A DNA stretch of 64,000 nucleotides from Camelus ferus (GCF_009834535.1 NC_045698.1:86118001-86182000); one strand, 5' to 3'; numbered from the stretch's first letter, positions 25,294 to 39,169 are shown. Numbers and translations: made by a program. Notes: generated by a model from the sequence alone, not told the origin.

Positions 25294-25294
25294 C

Positions 25295-25335
<41 letters not shown>

Positions 25336-25352
25336 CGTGCATGTGTGTGTGT
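25294..25352. repeat. (GT)n/(GCGT)n microsatellite
   Basis: About 59 bp of alternating purine-pyrimidine sequence. Confidence 0.95.
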
Positions 25353-25510
25353 TTTAACACCTTTATTGTGGTATGGTTCCTGTACAGTAAACTTCACAGA
25401 TTTCAGATGTACATTTTGATGAATTTTGATAAATGTATACACCAATGAAACCACCACCACAATCAAGACAGCTAACATTTCTATCACTCCCCAAGAGGAT
25501 TTACCCATGT
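25353..25510 (-). mobile_element. Old L1 3' end fragment (L1MB/MC-like)
   Basis: CTTTATTGTGGTATGG...GATGAATTTTGATAAATGTATAC...CACCACAATCAAGACAGCTAACATTTCTATCACTCCCC. Confidence 0.75.
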
Positions 25511-27564
25511 TTATACACACCCACCGAATCAAAGCAAGTTCAGCTCCAACAGCAAGCACATCAGTAGACACATGTGGAAAAAGAATAAATGAATGAATGA
25601 CTATCCTTTTTCAACCCTCCAGGATAAATTACAGTGGAAATTTGACACTAAAATCTCTATGTTGTCCACTCAAAATCAGACTTTTTTTTTTTTCCCTAAG
25701 GGACAGCATGGTGACCTCACTTTCCTTCTTGTCTTCATTGTTGCTCTGCGCTTTTTTCAGGGAAATAAAACCTGGTCACATTTGTTTGGCAGTTCTCCTA
25801 ATCAAACCTCAGCTGGAAAGAGGTCTCAGCTTTGGTCGTGCTGCGAATTTACTGTCAGTTCTCTCTTTAACAGTCTCGTCATGTCTCAGGGAAAAATGTA
25901 TTTCAGATCTTCATGTCAAGAGGCAATAACTTTATGTTCTTCTCTAACCCATCACAAAAGTCATAGCAAGTGACTTCCATGAGTTGTACCAAATGTACCT
26001 ATGTCATTGACATGTTAGAATATTTCTCAAAAAAATCTTTTACTAGTGGGGATTATGCAGAACAGTCTTTCTCCTTCTGATATTTCCCCCCACGTATCAA
26101 GTAAGAAATTGTGTTTTATTCGCCGTACCACCTGATCTTAATAAAATCTACCTTTTTCTTAAGCTTCTTTACCTTATTATACAGTTATTCATCGTCAAAG
26201 AACTGTGCGTGCTCCAAAAAGGCCACATTAGCAGTTTCACGGTCAGGGACATTTCTGGCTGTCACAGATTACACCCACTTTTCAGGAGCCTCTGCAGAGC
26301 ACAAATCAGATGGAGTAGCTTGGCTCCTTTAGCAACCACAGACCAGTTTCCAAATGGCTGAATCATTTAAACACCGTCACTCAGCCCCATTGACAAAGCT
26401 CACTTCTCCTCACTCCCAGCTTGGTAATATGATAGACAGTTACAGAGAACACAGGTTATCAACTTGCCAGCTTTGCATAGTTGGTGATATCACAATCCAT
26501 AAACCCATTACTTGAATGAACAAAGTCCAGGATCTGCCTTTATATCTCATCAGGTTAACAAAACCATATCCCCAGATTTCCATGAGCAAGAAGGTCATTT
26601 CTAGGAAAAATTCAACAGAGAGACAATAGCTAGGATTTCTCTCCAGAATCTGTATGTAACAGATGATACCCACTAAATCCATTTTCTCAGCAGATCACCA
26701 TTCAGATCCTACCCTGATTAGATACTGAAGGCTGGGAACCACCACCTACATTTACACAGTAAGGATTATAGTGACAACAAAGCAAGATCTGTCCTGTGCA
26801 AACAATCTGTACTGTAAACTGAACTATTTCTCAGAACGAGCTTTGACCATCTGCGCAAACTTCATTAACAGAATTACTAACCAACAGACTGAGCCAAAAA
26901 GGTGTGTTACGTGGCCAAACATCTGACTTGCACCTGAATATAAGTAACATATAAAGAAGGACAAAGAATTTATATTTGCCTCAGAAAGTTATTGAAAAAA
27001 TAATCTTCAAGTGGATAAACACCCAATGATTTCCTCAATCAACCAGGCAAATTAGCTATGTTTCCTTTAATATAATTTCTTTCTAAAACCTTCTAAATTA
27101 ACATCTAAAATAGTTTCAGTCATTTCCCCCCAGTGTGCTATTTTTCATGACTGAAAGAAAGATTGGAACGTCTGTTTATGATTATCTCTGTTCAACTTTG
27201 AGAAAGTTTCTTTAAAATCATAATTAAAGTTCTAGATTAATTTGGAATAGATGTAAAATCTTACATTGAATTTTTCTTCTTTAAGAGTTCTTTTTTTAAT
27301 TCCTGAAACTTGTTATTTTAAAATGGATATAAAAATGATCTGTCTACAAATCTTTTGATTATCAGAGATAGCTCCAGTTTGGAAAGGATATATTCTATGA
27401 GAGGCCCTTTGCTAAACACCAGATTCTTTTGCAGCCTTAACAAATGTTCAAACGATTAATTCTTTCTTCTTCCCCCTTCTCATCAGTAATTGTTTATGAC
27501 ACAAAACAATTTTGACCAGTAACTAAGCTCAATGAACTAGGCTGGGCACATAGCCCAATATATT

Positions 27565-27795
27565 CTAGCACTTACAATACAATAATAGTTCAGCACTATT
27601 ATAAGCCCTTTAAATGTAGTGACTTATTTAATCCTTTTAGCAATCCTATACATGGTACTATTATCTCATCTCTATTTTACTATCTAGGAACTTGAGACAC
27701 AGAGAGGTGAAGTCACTTGGTCCCAAGGTCCTAAGACTGGGATGACATGAAGCCAAAGGTTGAATCTAGGCAGTCTGGCATCCAAACCTGACCTC
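27565..27795 (-). mobile_element. MIR SINE
   Basis: TTATTTAATCCTTTTAGCAATCCTAT...GAAACTTGAGACACAGAGAGGTGAAGTCACTTG-like...TTGAATCTAGGCAGTCTG. Confidence 0.8.
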
Positions 27796-27892
27796 TTAAT
27801 CACTTTTTCATACTGACTTTCTTCGACCAAGTTGGATACAAAGATCTACCAATGAAATAAGTATCTAAGTATGCTATTAAAAAATGACATTG

Positions 27893-28119
27893 GATGTGGA
27901 GAGGGGTTGGGGGACAGATAAAATAAGGGAAGGGTCTTAAGAGGCACAAACTACTAGGTGTAAAATAAGTAAGATACAAGAGTGTAATGCACAGCACAGG
28001 GAATAGAAACAACATTTGATAATAACTTTTAACTGGAGCATAATCTCTAAAAATATCAACCAGTATATTGTACATCTAAAATTAATATAATATTGTAAAT
28101 CAACCATATTTCAGTTTTT
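27893..28119 (+). mobile_element. 5'-truncated L1 insertion with 13-bp TSD
   Basis: TSD AAAAATGACATTG at 27880-27892 and 28120-28132. The body is an L1 3'UTR (AGAGGCACAAACTACTAGGTGTAAAATAAG...GCACAGGGAATAG...ATATTGTAAATCAACCAT). Confidence 0.9.
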
Positions 28120-28132
28120 AAAAATGACATTG

Positions 28133-28770
28133 TGCTATCAACAGTGAATGAGTAAATAAATATATCTACAGAGCAGAATAGTACACAGCAATAAATAAGA
28201 ACTAGCTACTGATATACACAGCAACATGGATAAGTCTCAGAGATATGTGGTGTAAAAGAAGTCAGGCACGTAGAATAAAGAATACAAACTTTTTTTTTCT
28301 ATCAGTGCTTCTCAACCTCAGCCCTACTGAAGTCATCTTGAGCCAGATAATTCTTTGAAGTGAGGCACTGTCCGCATTGCAAGATGTTTAGAAGCATCCC
28401 TGGTCTCCACCTGTCAGACGCCAAGAACACCAACGCATCCCCCCATCTCCATCCCTTGCCTACTGTGACAACCACAAATGGTTCTAGAGAGTGCCAAATG
28501 TCCCCTGGGAGACAAAACTGCTCTCAGGTGAGAACCACTGATTTACATGAAGATCAAAAACAGGCAAAGCTAGTCTATGAAGTAAGAGGTTAGAATAGTG
28601 ATTACACACGGGGAAAGGGTACCTACCGACTTGAGTGAGGGCATGAGGGAATCTTCTAGAAATATTCTAGATCTTGACTTGAATGGTGGCTATATTTAAA
28701 ATTCATCAAACTATATACACTTAAGATATGTGGATTTCAGTGTATGTAAGTCATGCAACACACATGCAAA
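28133..28770 (+). mobile_element. Old L1 3' end (L1ME-like) interrupted by MER20
   Basis: TACACAGCAATAAATAAGAACTAGCTACTGATATACACAGCAACATGGATAAGTCTC...CAGGCAAAGCTAGTCTATG...AATTCATCAAACTATATACACTTAAGAT. Confidence 0.7.
28303..28540. mobile_element. MER20 hAT-Charlie element
   Basis: TIRs CAGTGCTTCTCAACC ... GGTGAGAACCACTG, and internal GCAAGATGTTTAGAAGCATCCCTGGTCTCCACC and GCCAAATGTCCCCTGGG. Confidence 0.9.
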
Positions 28771-29959
28771 AAAAACCTGTTGGCTTGAGTGTGGAAGCAA
28801 ATAAGGTACTTTGGGAATTGAGAGCGAGAACTACCTCTTACAGGAGATGAAGGATCCATGAAGGCTTCCAGGAGGGCAGGGTCCTGGGTGGAAAGGATTT
28901 GAGGAACAGAACTGGGAGAAGAGGGGAGGGCAGTCCAGTCACAGGAACCAGCAAAAGCAAAAGGCAGGATCATTCTTTACTACAAACATTTCATCAGCTA
29001 CTGTTTCCCTATGAATACAACCAAGGGAAATTCAAAATGCACACTGGCATAATCCACTCCTAGCTGGTAGTATTTAGGTCAATGCTGTGTTCGCAAGGGG
29101 AAGTAATAATCACCATTTGGTAATGGTGAAAATTAAACCTCTGAAATTAAATAGAATTAAAAGAAACGATTGGGTCTTTTGGCTCATTAGCTCACTATTG
29201 CAGAATTCCCCACCGTCATCTCTTCTTGCTATTTGTCCAGCCTTATTCTCTCCCAGGTGGATGATGCTTCTGCTACATTTTTCTTACGGCTAGTCCAAAT
29301 AGAAACAAAATTCTCCTGGGAAGTTCCCTACTGTTTTTTCAGCCATCATTTTCTTTCAGGCTACTAATTACTGTTAGTTGCATTATTCGTCATCATCCTT
29401 AATTGAGCATGAACAATGGCTCAACACTGTAAAGAAAATGTTAGAAGAAAGTCATTTTATTGAAGCCAGAGGATCTGGAGCTGAATTAAAGAGGAAGAAT
29501 AATGAGAAATAGAAATTCTACCAAGGATAAGGTGGCCACCATTGTAGCTTGATGGGATGCAGGTCTTCCCTGTGCAGATGAGGAGAGCTCATTCAGTACT
29601 CAATGTAGAAGGGCTATGAGGCCAACCCTGGCCTGGCATCATCAATGTCCATGGAGTATACTCTTTGGCATCGTGTGCATGTGGTGGCAGGGAGGGGGGC
29701 AGCAGAGTGGGGAGTGGGGGATGTAACTAAAATGTGGAGAAGGATGCAACATGGCTTTATATGCTGCTTCGTGCTATTTTGTACTCTATGCAGAGATCTA
29801 AAGCCAGTGAAGAACCTGGGAAACAAGAGTCATCCTTCAGATTTTGAGATTTTAAATGATCCCAGGCTTTCTTTTCAAGAATAGCTTTGTGTTCATTTTT
29901 TCTGAGGAAATGGTCACAATTGAGATTTTATTTTTGAGTCATGGCCATGTCTTCACTTG

Positions 29960-30425
29960 TTCGAGTCCTCTGGATCAGTGAGGGTAATTTTAGCCAATGA
30001 AGAGTGTCTTAAGCAATACAAGCCTTTCTCATCTCACTTATCAGGAAGTCTACAGGTAGGTTGTTCTGAGGTTGGCAAGACCCAACACTGTCAGCAAGGA
30101 TGCCAACCATTCCTGTGTTTCTGCTCAGGCATCCTCAGAAGTTGAGGATGCTTCCTCAGTGGTTAGAAGGTGGCTCTTGGAGCTTCAAGCATCACATTAT
30201 CAATAAGCAATACCCAAAATGAGAAGCAAGAAGGGCAAATAAAGCTTTTCCTTGTGCCACCCACTATTTTACGAGGGTGGAAAATTTCTTCCCAGAAGCC
30301 TTCTTACATCTTTGACGAGAACTGCCCTGGTTTAGTCACTGGGCAAGAGGAATGAGATTTGGGGGACTGCCTTAAATTGATCATGATCCATTCGGGGGCT
30401 GGATAGGATTCTTTAGAGCAGTCAT
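29960..30425 (-). mobile_element. Old MaLR LTR, MLT1J/K-like
   Basis: TATCAGGAAGTCTACAGGTAGG...AGCTTCAAGCATCACAT...TTCTTCCCAGAAGCC...GGCAAGAGGAATGAGAT. Confidence 0.6.
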
Positions 30426-30562
30426 AAAATCAGAGGGCTTTCACCAAGAAAGAAGGGGAAATGGCTGTTGGGTGAGCAATCAGCTACCCTTGGCCAGATC
30501 CTGACTTTGTATTTATTTTCCTTGAATAGCCTCCATTCCACCTACATTTATGGTATGTTTCA

Positions 30563-30598
<36 letters not shown>

Positions 30599-30729
30599 AT
30601 TCCAATTCTAGATTATTAATTCAGCTAGATGCAAAGAACAAACCTTACAATAGAATGGTGTCTAAGTTAGATGTTTTAACTATTCAAGGTGGTCCCAATG
30701 CCATTTGGACACACTCAACAATTACCAAT

Positions 30730-31880
30730 TCAACCCTTCCTATATGCTTCTTTGGATACACCCAGGATGTAGCAGTGAACCAAAATAATAATAATAATAA
30801 TTTTTTTTCCTTTGGGGAATGTAAATTAGATCAGGAGAAGATGGGCATGAAGCATAAAAAAAAAGGACAATGATATGATATCTACTACATATCAGATTGT
30901 GGTTAGTGCTATGGAGAATGGCAAGGAAATGAGCAGGAGGACAGGGGTGGGAGTTGCATTTTAGACTGGGTACTTGGAGAAAAATCTCATGGAGAAGACG
31001 ACATTTCAGTAAAGATGGGAAATAACCACGTGAGTACCTGGGGGAAGCATGGTCAAGGCCAAGGGTGCGGAGGCTCTGAGGTCGGGGTGAGGCTGGCGCA
31101 TTTGGATGACAGCCAGGAGGCTGTGATTAGAGAAGGGTCAGGGAGGCAGGATGAGAGTAATAAGGGATGAAGTCAGGGAGGTATTGCACTCAGCTCATTT
31201 GGGGCCTTGAAGGCCAATGTAAGGACTTTGTTTTCTACTTTGAGTGACATGGCAAATGATTGGAGGATTGGGGGTAGAGGAATGAACTGATCTTGCTTTG
31301 AAAAGAATCACTTTAAAAGTGTTGCTTTAATAGGAATAAACTGTGGGTGGGTAAGAGAGGAAGTAGGGAGATAGGTGAGGGGAATCATGAATAATACATA
31401 CAAAGTTAGCAGTTTAGATCGGGCTAATGGAAGTGGAGGTGGAGTTTTGCTAGTGGATTAGATGTGGTGTGAGAATAAGAGGATTTAAGATTGACTCAGA
31501 GTCTGGAGCTTGAGCAAATGCAAGGATAGAGGTTTTAGTTACTGAAATAGAAAGACATCCAGGAGGAAGCATGGGGAAAAGCAGGCATTTGGTTTGGCTT
31601 GAGATGCTCATTTGACACCCAAAAGGCAATGTTGAGGATGTAGTTGCATGTATGATTCTGGAGCTCAGGTGTGAAGCCAATGTAATGCACATATACATGG
31701 TACTTAAAGTTATGAGGTTCAATGAATAAATAAGATCTTCAGCACGTGAAGCCCAGTAGAGGATAAGTGGTCCAAGGACTAAGCCATAGAATGCTCCAAG
31801 GTGAGATAACAACCGGAAATGGAGATGGAGAAGCAGACGATGAGATCTGAGGAATTCTAGGAGAAGGTGATGTCTTAACC
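30730..31880 (-). mobile_element. L2 LINE relic including RT-coding remnant
   Basis: Typical antisense L2 sequence. ORF 31450-31812 retains VLGPL, EDLIYS and AQAPDSESILNPLILTPH, resembling L2 RT GSVLGPLLF..GDLIHSH..AQARNLGVILDSSLSLTPH. Confidence 0.8.
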
Positions 31881-34800
31881 ATATGTGAAGCAGGAATAAG
31901 CAGTAACTCTAAAAATGCTATAGATAAGTCAAAACATGAACTGGGAATCTAAAACGCTTGGCTTGAGGAAGAGAGAAAAGTTAAGTCATTGCCAGTTGTT
32001 GCAAATATTAAACACCCATAAAATCTTGTTTAGATTTTATTGACTATAATGTGAATCATTCATGATTTCCTATAATTATCTTTTCTCCTGCTCATTCTAG
32101 TATTTTTACAGACATTTAAATGGCTTTCAACAATATTTTTATGCTTTACTCGAATAAAATCTGATTTAGATAATATAATCAGATATCCTAGGCCTAATCA
32201 TTGACATTACAAATGGATTCTTGGTTTTACAAAATGATGAACCACAAATGACAAGCACACTGATTTAATTTACAAAAATCTTACTTATCTGTTGCCTTTC
32301 AAAACCCATCTGCTGCATAAATCGAGGCACAGAGGCCTTCCTAATAGATGACATTGAATTTCTAATGGGAGCTATTGCAATAACAAATTCATCATGTCCA
32401 AAGCATGCCCCTGCAATATTTCATTTTGTCATCAGTTACACTTTTCTAAGCTATGTGATGCTCACAAAAGCCAAAGGGTACCATTTTGCCTGGATCAAGA
32501 GCTCTGAATTTCCAAAGAAGAGAGAGAATGTCAAACGCTTGTTAAAATTTAATAATCTATACCCATCATATTTTTTTATTTCATTAGGTACTTTTTCATA
32601 TTATTTATAATTATGTCTTTCCTAAAACATTCAAATTATTTCAAGTAACTCTTAACAAAACTGCTATCATTGTATCAGGATCAAACACACACACACACGC
32701 ACAGCATGCTCTGGGAACTATTTGAAATAATCTTCTATTCTGTGTTATCCTCCTTCTCAAGTCTGGTCTCTGTGATGTAGCTATTTTTCTTCTGCCGCTG
32801 ATAGAACATTTACGTGGGGGGAGATTTCTAATTTTACTTTGCTCGTGTATAAATGTGTCATTTCATACAACTAGCTGTTTTTCTTTGTTGTAACTTCTTT
32901 CTTTCTGTTTTAGCCTGAGGCTCTCTTTATTTGATCAGTATAGTTTATATCATATTCCAGGCAGCACTTCTTCCCAAGAGAAAAACAGGGTTTCAAATTG
33001 CTACTCGTGATTCCTAAGGCCAGCTGAAAGGACACTGCCTGAATTAATGTTTTCTTTACTGTTTTTGGTGCTTATTGGTTTTATTTCCATTAGCTGATGG
33101 ATACATTCAGTTTCTACCTTTTAATATCATTCTCTCCGTACAACTTTCAGGTTTTGTTGGCTGTTCGTTTGGGCTTGATTATCTATCGTGAGTGATTAGA
33201 TGGAAAGATAATCAATGTGATGACTGGTGGCAAAATTTGAATTAACTTCTCGATAAATAACTAAAAGGCAGTTGGGGGTGTGCTGAGGTCAGTTTTCTTT
33301 CAGTGGGCTTTCAGATGAATGTTTCATTTAAGGAAAGAGAGTTGGATTCTATGTTTTCCATCACTAGTCAGAGCTGAGAGGGACACCATTTACCATTAAA
33401 ATACAGGCTCTATTTTTAAGGGTATTTCTGAACATGGCTGTGTGACAAAAACAATGCATTAGCCAGACTTAAGTATTCCTTCTGCATCTTCATGCCCAAA
33501 GTTAAAAGAAAATATATGCCATTGCAGGACACAGTGGGAATGTTCAACCACCTCTGATAGGACATGATTTTCCCTTAGTAGCCAAAAGTAAAAGAAGTAC
33601 TCCAAAATGCACTCTCACCATAATAATCACTCCAACAAAAATAACTTAAAAAATAAAAAGTATGGTTTTCATCCAATGCGAATGGGAGCTGGAAGGAAGA
33701 GAAGCAACATGGACATCCTTAGAGTCAGATGTGCTCAAGAATGGAGTCAGGATAAGGGCCAGAATCCAAGACCTCTTCATAAGACACACACAAAGTTCAT
33801 GGCAACCACAATCTTTGGGAGATGATTAATTAATGTGGAATCATTTCCAAGTGAGTATAAAGTTCTAGGTCCTCCTTCATGTTGAACTTTGGTCATCTAT
33901 ATTATGAATTGCACTAATTTTTTAAAAACGTTTTCAGGTTATCTCATTATTTCACCTTTTTGCCACAAATCTGCCATTGGATAAAAATTTGTCCAAAGTT
34001 CCCTATATTTCCATTATGCCTGAGTAATTATTCCTAGAATATTAACTAAACCATGAAAGTTCAACCAAGGCTGATTTTTCATAGCCATAGATCACTGACA
34101 AAGGGGAAGAACATCTCATTCTAAGCTCTAGCAGGTAGGGTGCTATCTTCTCATTATAACACATTTTGCAGTATGGATGTAACTCAGCTCAGCACCAAAT
34201 ACCACTAATCCACAGGTTAGAAGGCCAGATAGATACCAGCTTCAAGAGAATCCATTTAACCCAATTGCCCACATCAACTGAAGGTTTAATTTGGATGATA
34301 GATGAATTGGTCTTGACCTTTTCTCTTTAATACACCATAATTCATAACTACTTTGAAAATGTGAGTACATTTATTCTTCCTTGGTTACCTTAAGATGAAG
34401 TACATTGGTAGGGATGTGCTATTGTGTTTCAGTGATTGTAAATTAAAATAATAAAGTTAATGTCAAATGTCATTTTGGCATATGCTTTATTACCATGGTA
34501 ACCCACAGGTAACTGAGTTGGTAAAATTACAAATTACATATTCAGCTACTTAAAGACATCAATGAACTAAAGTCATTTAATCAAGCTTCTCATTGCTTGA
34601 GCTGTATAATTAAAACAACCCGATTAAAGTCAAAGTCAGAAAGCCCCAAGTTCCCCTCTCCTGTCTGGCATGTCAGCTCTCAAGTTCAGCCTGGCTCATG
34701 GCTATAGGTGATATTTTGTAAGCATATTAATAGAGATTTGTTTCCTTGAGGGGTTGGTACAAAAGTAATCTTACTCACCAAATGCAAAACAGGGAAGGCT

Positions 34801-36473
34801 GAATGAAGACATTTATGCCTCAGATGCAAACATTACAAGAGCCAGGGCAAATCTGCTCCCTACAGAGAGAGATTGGTCGTCTTTCAATGTACCCCGAATC
34901 TACCCAATCCTCTATATTAAGTCACAGGCCTCCATTAGGGACTACTGCATGGTCAGTTGGACCCAAGACAAATCAGAGTCCTGTGGTTTGTTCCCTTTCA
35001 GGTTGGGTACAGAGCACAGGGCTGTCTCCAGGCTCCTCGATTATCCAGTCCTCCATCCCAATCTGAGGGCAACTTCCTAACACTCACGCAGGTTCTCCCT
35101 GGTGCCTGGCAAACAACACCCGCTTCGTGACCCCAACTACCAATCCACATACAACCAGATGCACAGTATGTGCTCCCTCACTGAACTCCTAACGGACCCA
35201 CACTTCTCCATACTGTCTTCAACAGCCACGTGACCTAAACTGGATTGTGCTTTCAGAGGACATGAAGCAAGTGAAGTGATTTAACTTGTTTGTCTTTTGA
35301 GAGCTGAGCTCTGGTACTGCAAGGGCGTAGAGATGGAGAATTTTGTGTTCGGAAACATGGAAGCACAAGCCCGAGAATTACTGTTTGCCTGGGAAATTTA
35401 CATGAGTAATGCTTATTAATGTGATCTTAATAAGAAACAAACTGACATAAGGCCTCTCTCTTATCCCAAGTAGCTTCACCAGCAGATGGAGAGAGCTCTT
35501 CAGCCACTTCTGAAATACCTTAAAAAGCCAGAGGCACTGTTGCCCTGGCAACATTTTCTAAGAACAAATCTTGACCCAGATGGGAGGGTAAGGCAGGTCA
35601 TGTGGAATTTACAAAGTAGAATGAAGCCTATCCAAAAAAAGACAGTTTAACTGTGTTCAATTGTTAGACCCCTCATTTCTCGCTCTGGGCGATACTGAAA
35701 GCAGTTCTAAATCCCAGCCTGGGCTGCTATATGATTTGCATACGGCTGAGTTCCCTCCACCCAGCCTAAGTGGGCACAGAGATACAACCCTGCTTGGCAA
35801 GACGTCCAGTACAGGAGGGGAGAAGAGTTCCTGGCTCCCCGAGGTCCAGGCACAAAGTGCGAGGGAGCCAGCGTTAGCAATGACGAGACACGAGGGATGT
35901 TAGCTCTCGGAAGGACAAGAGGGCTGTAGCCCGGCCGAAGAGACCTCCTTCCACAGTGAGCCAAATGGGCGCAGAGGGGATGGCCATACATGACCTGGAA
36001 ATGCCACCTGGGACCCGTAGCACCTTAGACATCACCAACACAGGGAGCGGTGCCTCCCAGCAAGGATCCAGACACCCCTCCTTCCAAATGCCATGAGGTC
36101 ACGTGCATCATTCAGACGGCTTCTCGGAGAAATGTACGAGTAGAGCACTGAACTCTGCAAGCCTGAATTGTACCCGAGTCAAACAGAAAGAGACTGAGTG
36201 ATCCAAAGAGATTTTTTAAATACCTGCCTCAGATCAGACTAAGTTTATCTGACTAGACTATAAAATGTGGGTTTTGCTTCCACAGGCAGGGTGTGGGGTC
36301 TCAAGGGGGTTATCAGATCAGTTACAGAAAAACGAAAATACATTTTCTCCACATCACCTGAGTGTCTGCAGTTCTGTGGCTTTGCTCTGCATGTGTCTGC
36401 CTGTATGTTACATAAATATAAACACACACTCATAGTAACATAAAGAAAGAGAAAGGGAGACTGATTAGAAGAC

Positions 36474-36618
36474 CAGAGTTGGCAGGGAACTGTATTCAAT
36501 ATCCTGTAATAACCTACAATAGAAAAGAAACTGAAAAAGAATATATGTATAACTGAATAACTTTGCTGTACCTCTGAAACTAACACATTATAAATCAACT
36601 ATACTACAATTAAAAAAA
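36474..36618 (+). mobile_element. Short L1 3' tail
   Basis: CAGGGAACTGTATTCAATATCCTGTAATAACC...TATAACTGAATAACTTTGCTGTAC...AAATCAACTATAC plus A-tail; possible TSD AGAAGAC. Confidence 0.8.
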
Positions 36619-38384
36619 AGAAGACTAAAATCGAAAGTGATTCTTTCTAGATAATTGGCTTATGGAAAAGTTTTACTTTTTTCTTTCTAGTAATTCATAT
36701 TTTCTAAATTTAGTATAATAAACCTATTTTAATAGTATATAATTCATCTATAGAGGGAATTATTTTTAAAAATAAATTAATGAAAATACACTGCTCCTCA
36801 AGGGCTGTCCCTCTTTAAACTTTACACAGTCATCCAACTTTCTGCCTGATGCATTCTGCAAAGCATCAAGGACAGAAAGTCAATTCCTCTGGTTTACCTG
36901 GACCCATGAACTGCAACTGACCACATATAATCTTGGATGTGAAAATGAAGGTTGGAAATTGCATTAGCTCAGCTCATGCAAGTGTGGCAATGAACTGTAT
37001 CTCCATTTCTCTTGCCCAAGTTCATTGTCCCCCAAATTATCAAACTTTGTCTAAGTGCAATCTCCCCTGGGCACTATCTGGCACTATCTACAAGAAATTT
37101 TCTTTGCTAAAAGAAATATATCTGGGAGAAATGAACCCTGAACGTTCTCAAAAGATTCTGCCAGGCGCAATAGGCCCGAATGCTGATAGTCCTGCACTCG
37201 CACACAGTACCGTTTCAGAGCTCAAGAAGAAGAGCAACAGAGACAACTGGGCACTGTTTCTATAGTCTAGTGCTCTACCAAGCTCTCACACAGTCCCAGA
37301 TGCAGCCTTAAAATCTGACCAACCAAGACACTGAAGGCACCCTGTTTCTAACATCCACAACTACACAGCTGAGACATAATCAAGAGTGTCATTGCCTGTG
37401 TAGCTGTTTCAACCCAACAGAAAGGCAAGGCAGAGCATTCAGAAAAAAGCAGGGTTTTTTTTCTTACGTTACAGTCTTACTTTCATCTTCTCTGTAAATA
37501 GTAGCACAGTCCAAGAGATTCTAGCCAATATACATCTAAGATGAAATTTGAGCCAAGTACCATCAATCCCTGAGCATACAAACACTGTGAAAGATAACAT
37601 GTAACACCTCATTCAAAATAATTAAAGCTTATTGGGACCTGCCTTGATTCTAGCAGTAGAGAATCGAAAGCTCTTATCTGACAGGTTAATGAGGATTTGA
37701 AATGAATAGTATTACTAATGAGGGTCTTTAGAAATTAATCATATCATATTATTATTAACTGCAAAAGCTAAACTTCCAGAGATTAGATTACATAGGATAA
37801 TTTTAAAGTGTGAGCAAAGCAATATTAAAGTGACAGAAGGCTATTTCCAAGTGGGAATAACGACATAATGCAGAGAATAAAAATTAAGAATGGGTAAGGC
37901 AATTAAGATGTTCCTTCATTTGAATACCTCTATATACTTGAAAATGTAATGTTTTATTTCATAATAGTTTGTGCTGTTGTTTTTATCTTCTACCTTAAGT
38001 ACTATATGAAAGAAGAAATAAATGAATGCTGGGATAATATTCTGATGTTACGAAAAATCAAGTACTAAATGGAACAATTCTATTTACTTGGGAATTTGAT
38101 TGTAACATAAGGCATTACGTATCTTTCCCAATTCTTCAATTGACTTATTTTTCTCAAATTCATATTCTATGTAAAGACTGAGAATGCCATTCTAGAACAA
38201 AGGTCGGGAAGTTTTCAAAGGCAGAGCACTTACATGGCCACCACCCCTGCCCTTCAAGTGCAAGGTGGGCTAGTCCAGTGATGGGGGACCAGAAGTCAAG
38301 CATATACCATTAATTCCCACATGGTTTTGAGATAGGATCTTTCCCAGCAGGGAGTAAAGGGGCAGATTTTCTAACTAGACATTG

Positions 38385-38900
38385 TCATTCATTTGGGAAC
38401 AGTGAATGAGTATCTAGTTACAGCTGGATACTGGAGATACAGTGGTGAACAAAACGGACACAGACACTTGAGCTCACAGAGCTAAACTTCTAGTGATGGA
38501 AACGACATTAAACAAGCAAAAAAAAAACCCCCCAAAAAACCAGAGTTTCAAAGAACTGAAAGAAAGCAAAAAGCTGTGAAAGTCAAAATTTACGTGGTGG
38601 GCAGGGACCAGGCCATGTTTTATCATTATCCTAAGATCCATGTGAACCTACTGAAGGTCTGTGTGTGGTGTGTGTAGGCGGCAGGGGGTAGTATGCATAA
38701 CATGACCAGATGTGCATTTTGAAAAGATCCCTGCCTGCAGTGTAACAGTGTGAACACTCAGGAAGGAATCCAGGGTGGGTACAGGGAGATCATTTCAGAG
38801 CCAACAGCCAGTAGTACAGTGAGGAGGGCTTGGTACTCGCTCTCTTGGACTACAGGAGAAATGATAACATTGGGGAAAAGTAAATGGAGTCAAGGGCTCT
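38385..38900 (-). mobile_element. L2 LINE 3' fragment
   Basis: TCATTCATTTG...GATACTGGAGATACAGTGGTGAACAAAAC...TTTTGAAAAGATCCCTG. Confidence 0.6.
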
Positions 38901-39169
38901 TCACAAGGTAAATACACAGGACGTGGTGCTAGACTGAGTATGCAAGTCTGAGCTCTTCCGTATCCACTCTCTAAGAAAATTTCTAGGACACCCTTGTGAG
39001 GCTGACAAACTGATTGTCTTTATAGATATAAAAGAAAAGGCTCAGAAAGACACAAAGTTGGTAAAAGACAAAAGTCAGATTTCCAGCTCAGCTCTGTCTG
39101 AGGTAGGAGCCCCTACTTCCTTCCACAGAACATGCTTCTTGTGAACAGAAGCAGAACATGACCTTGTAG

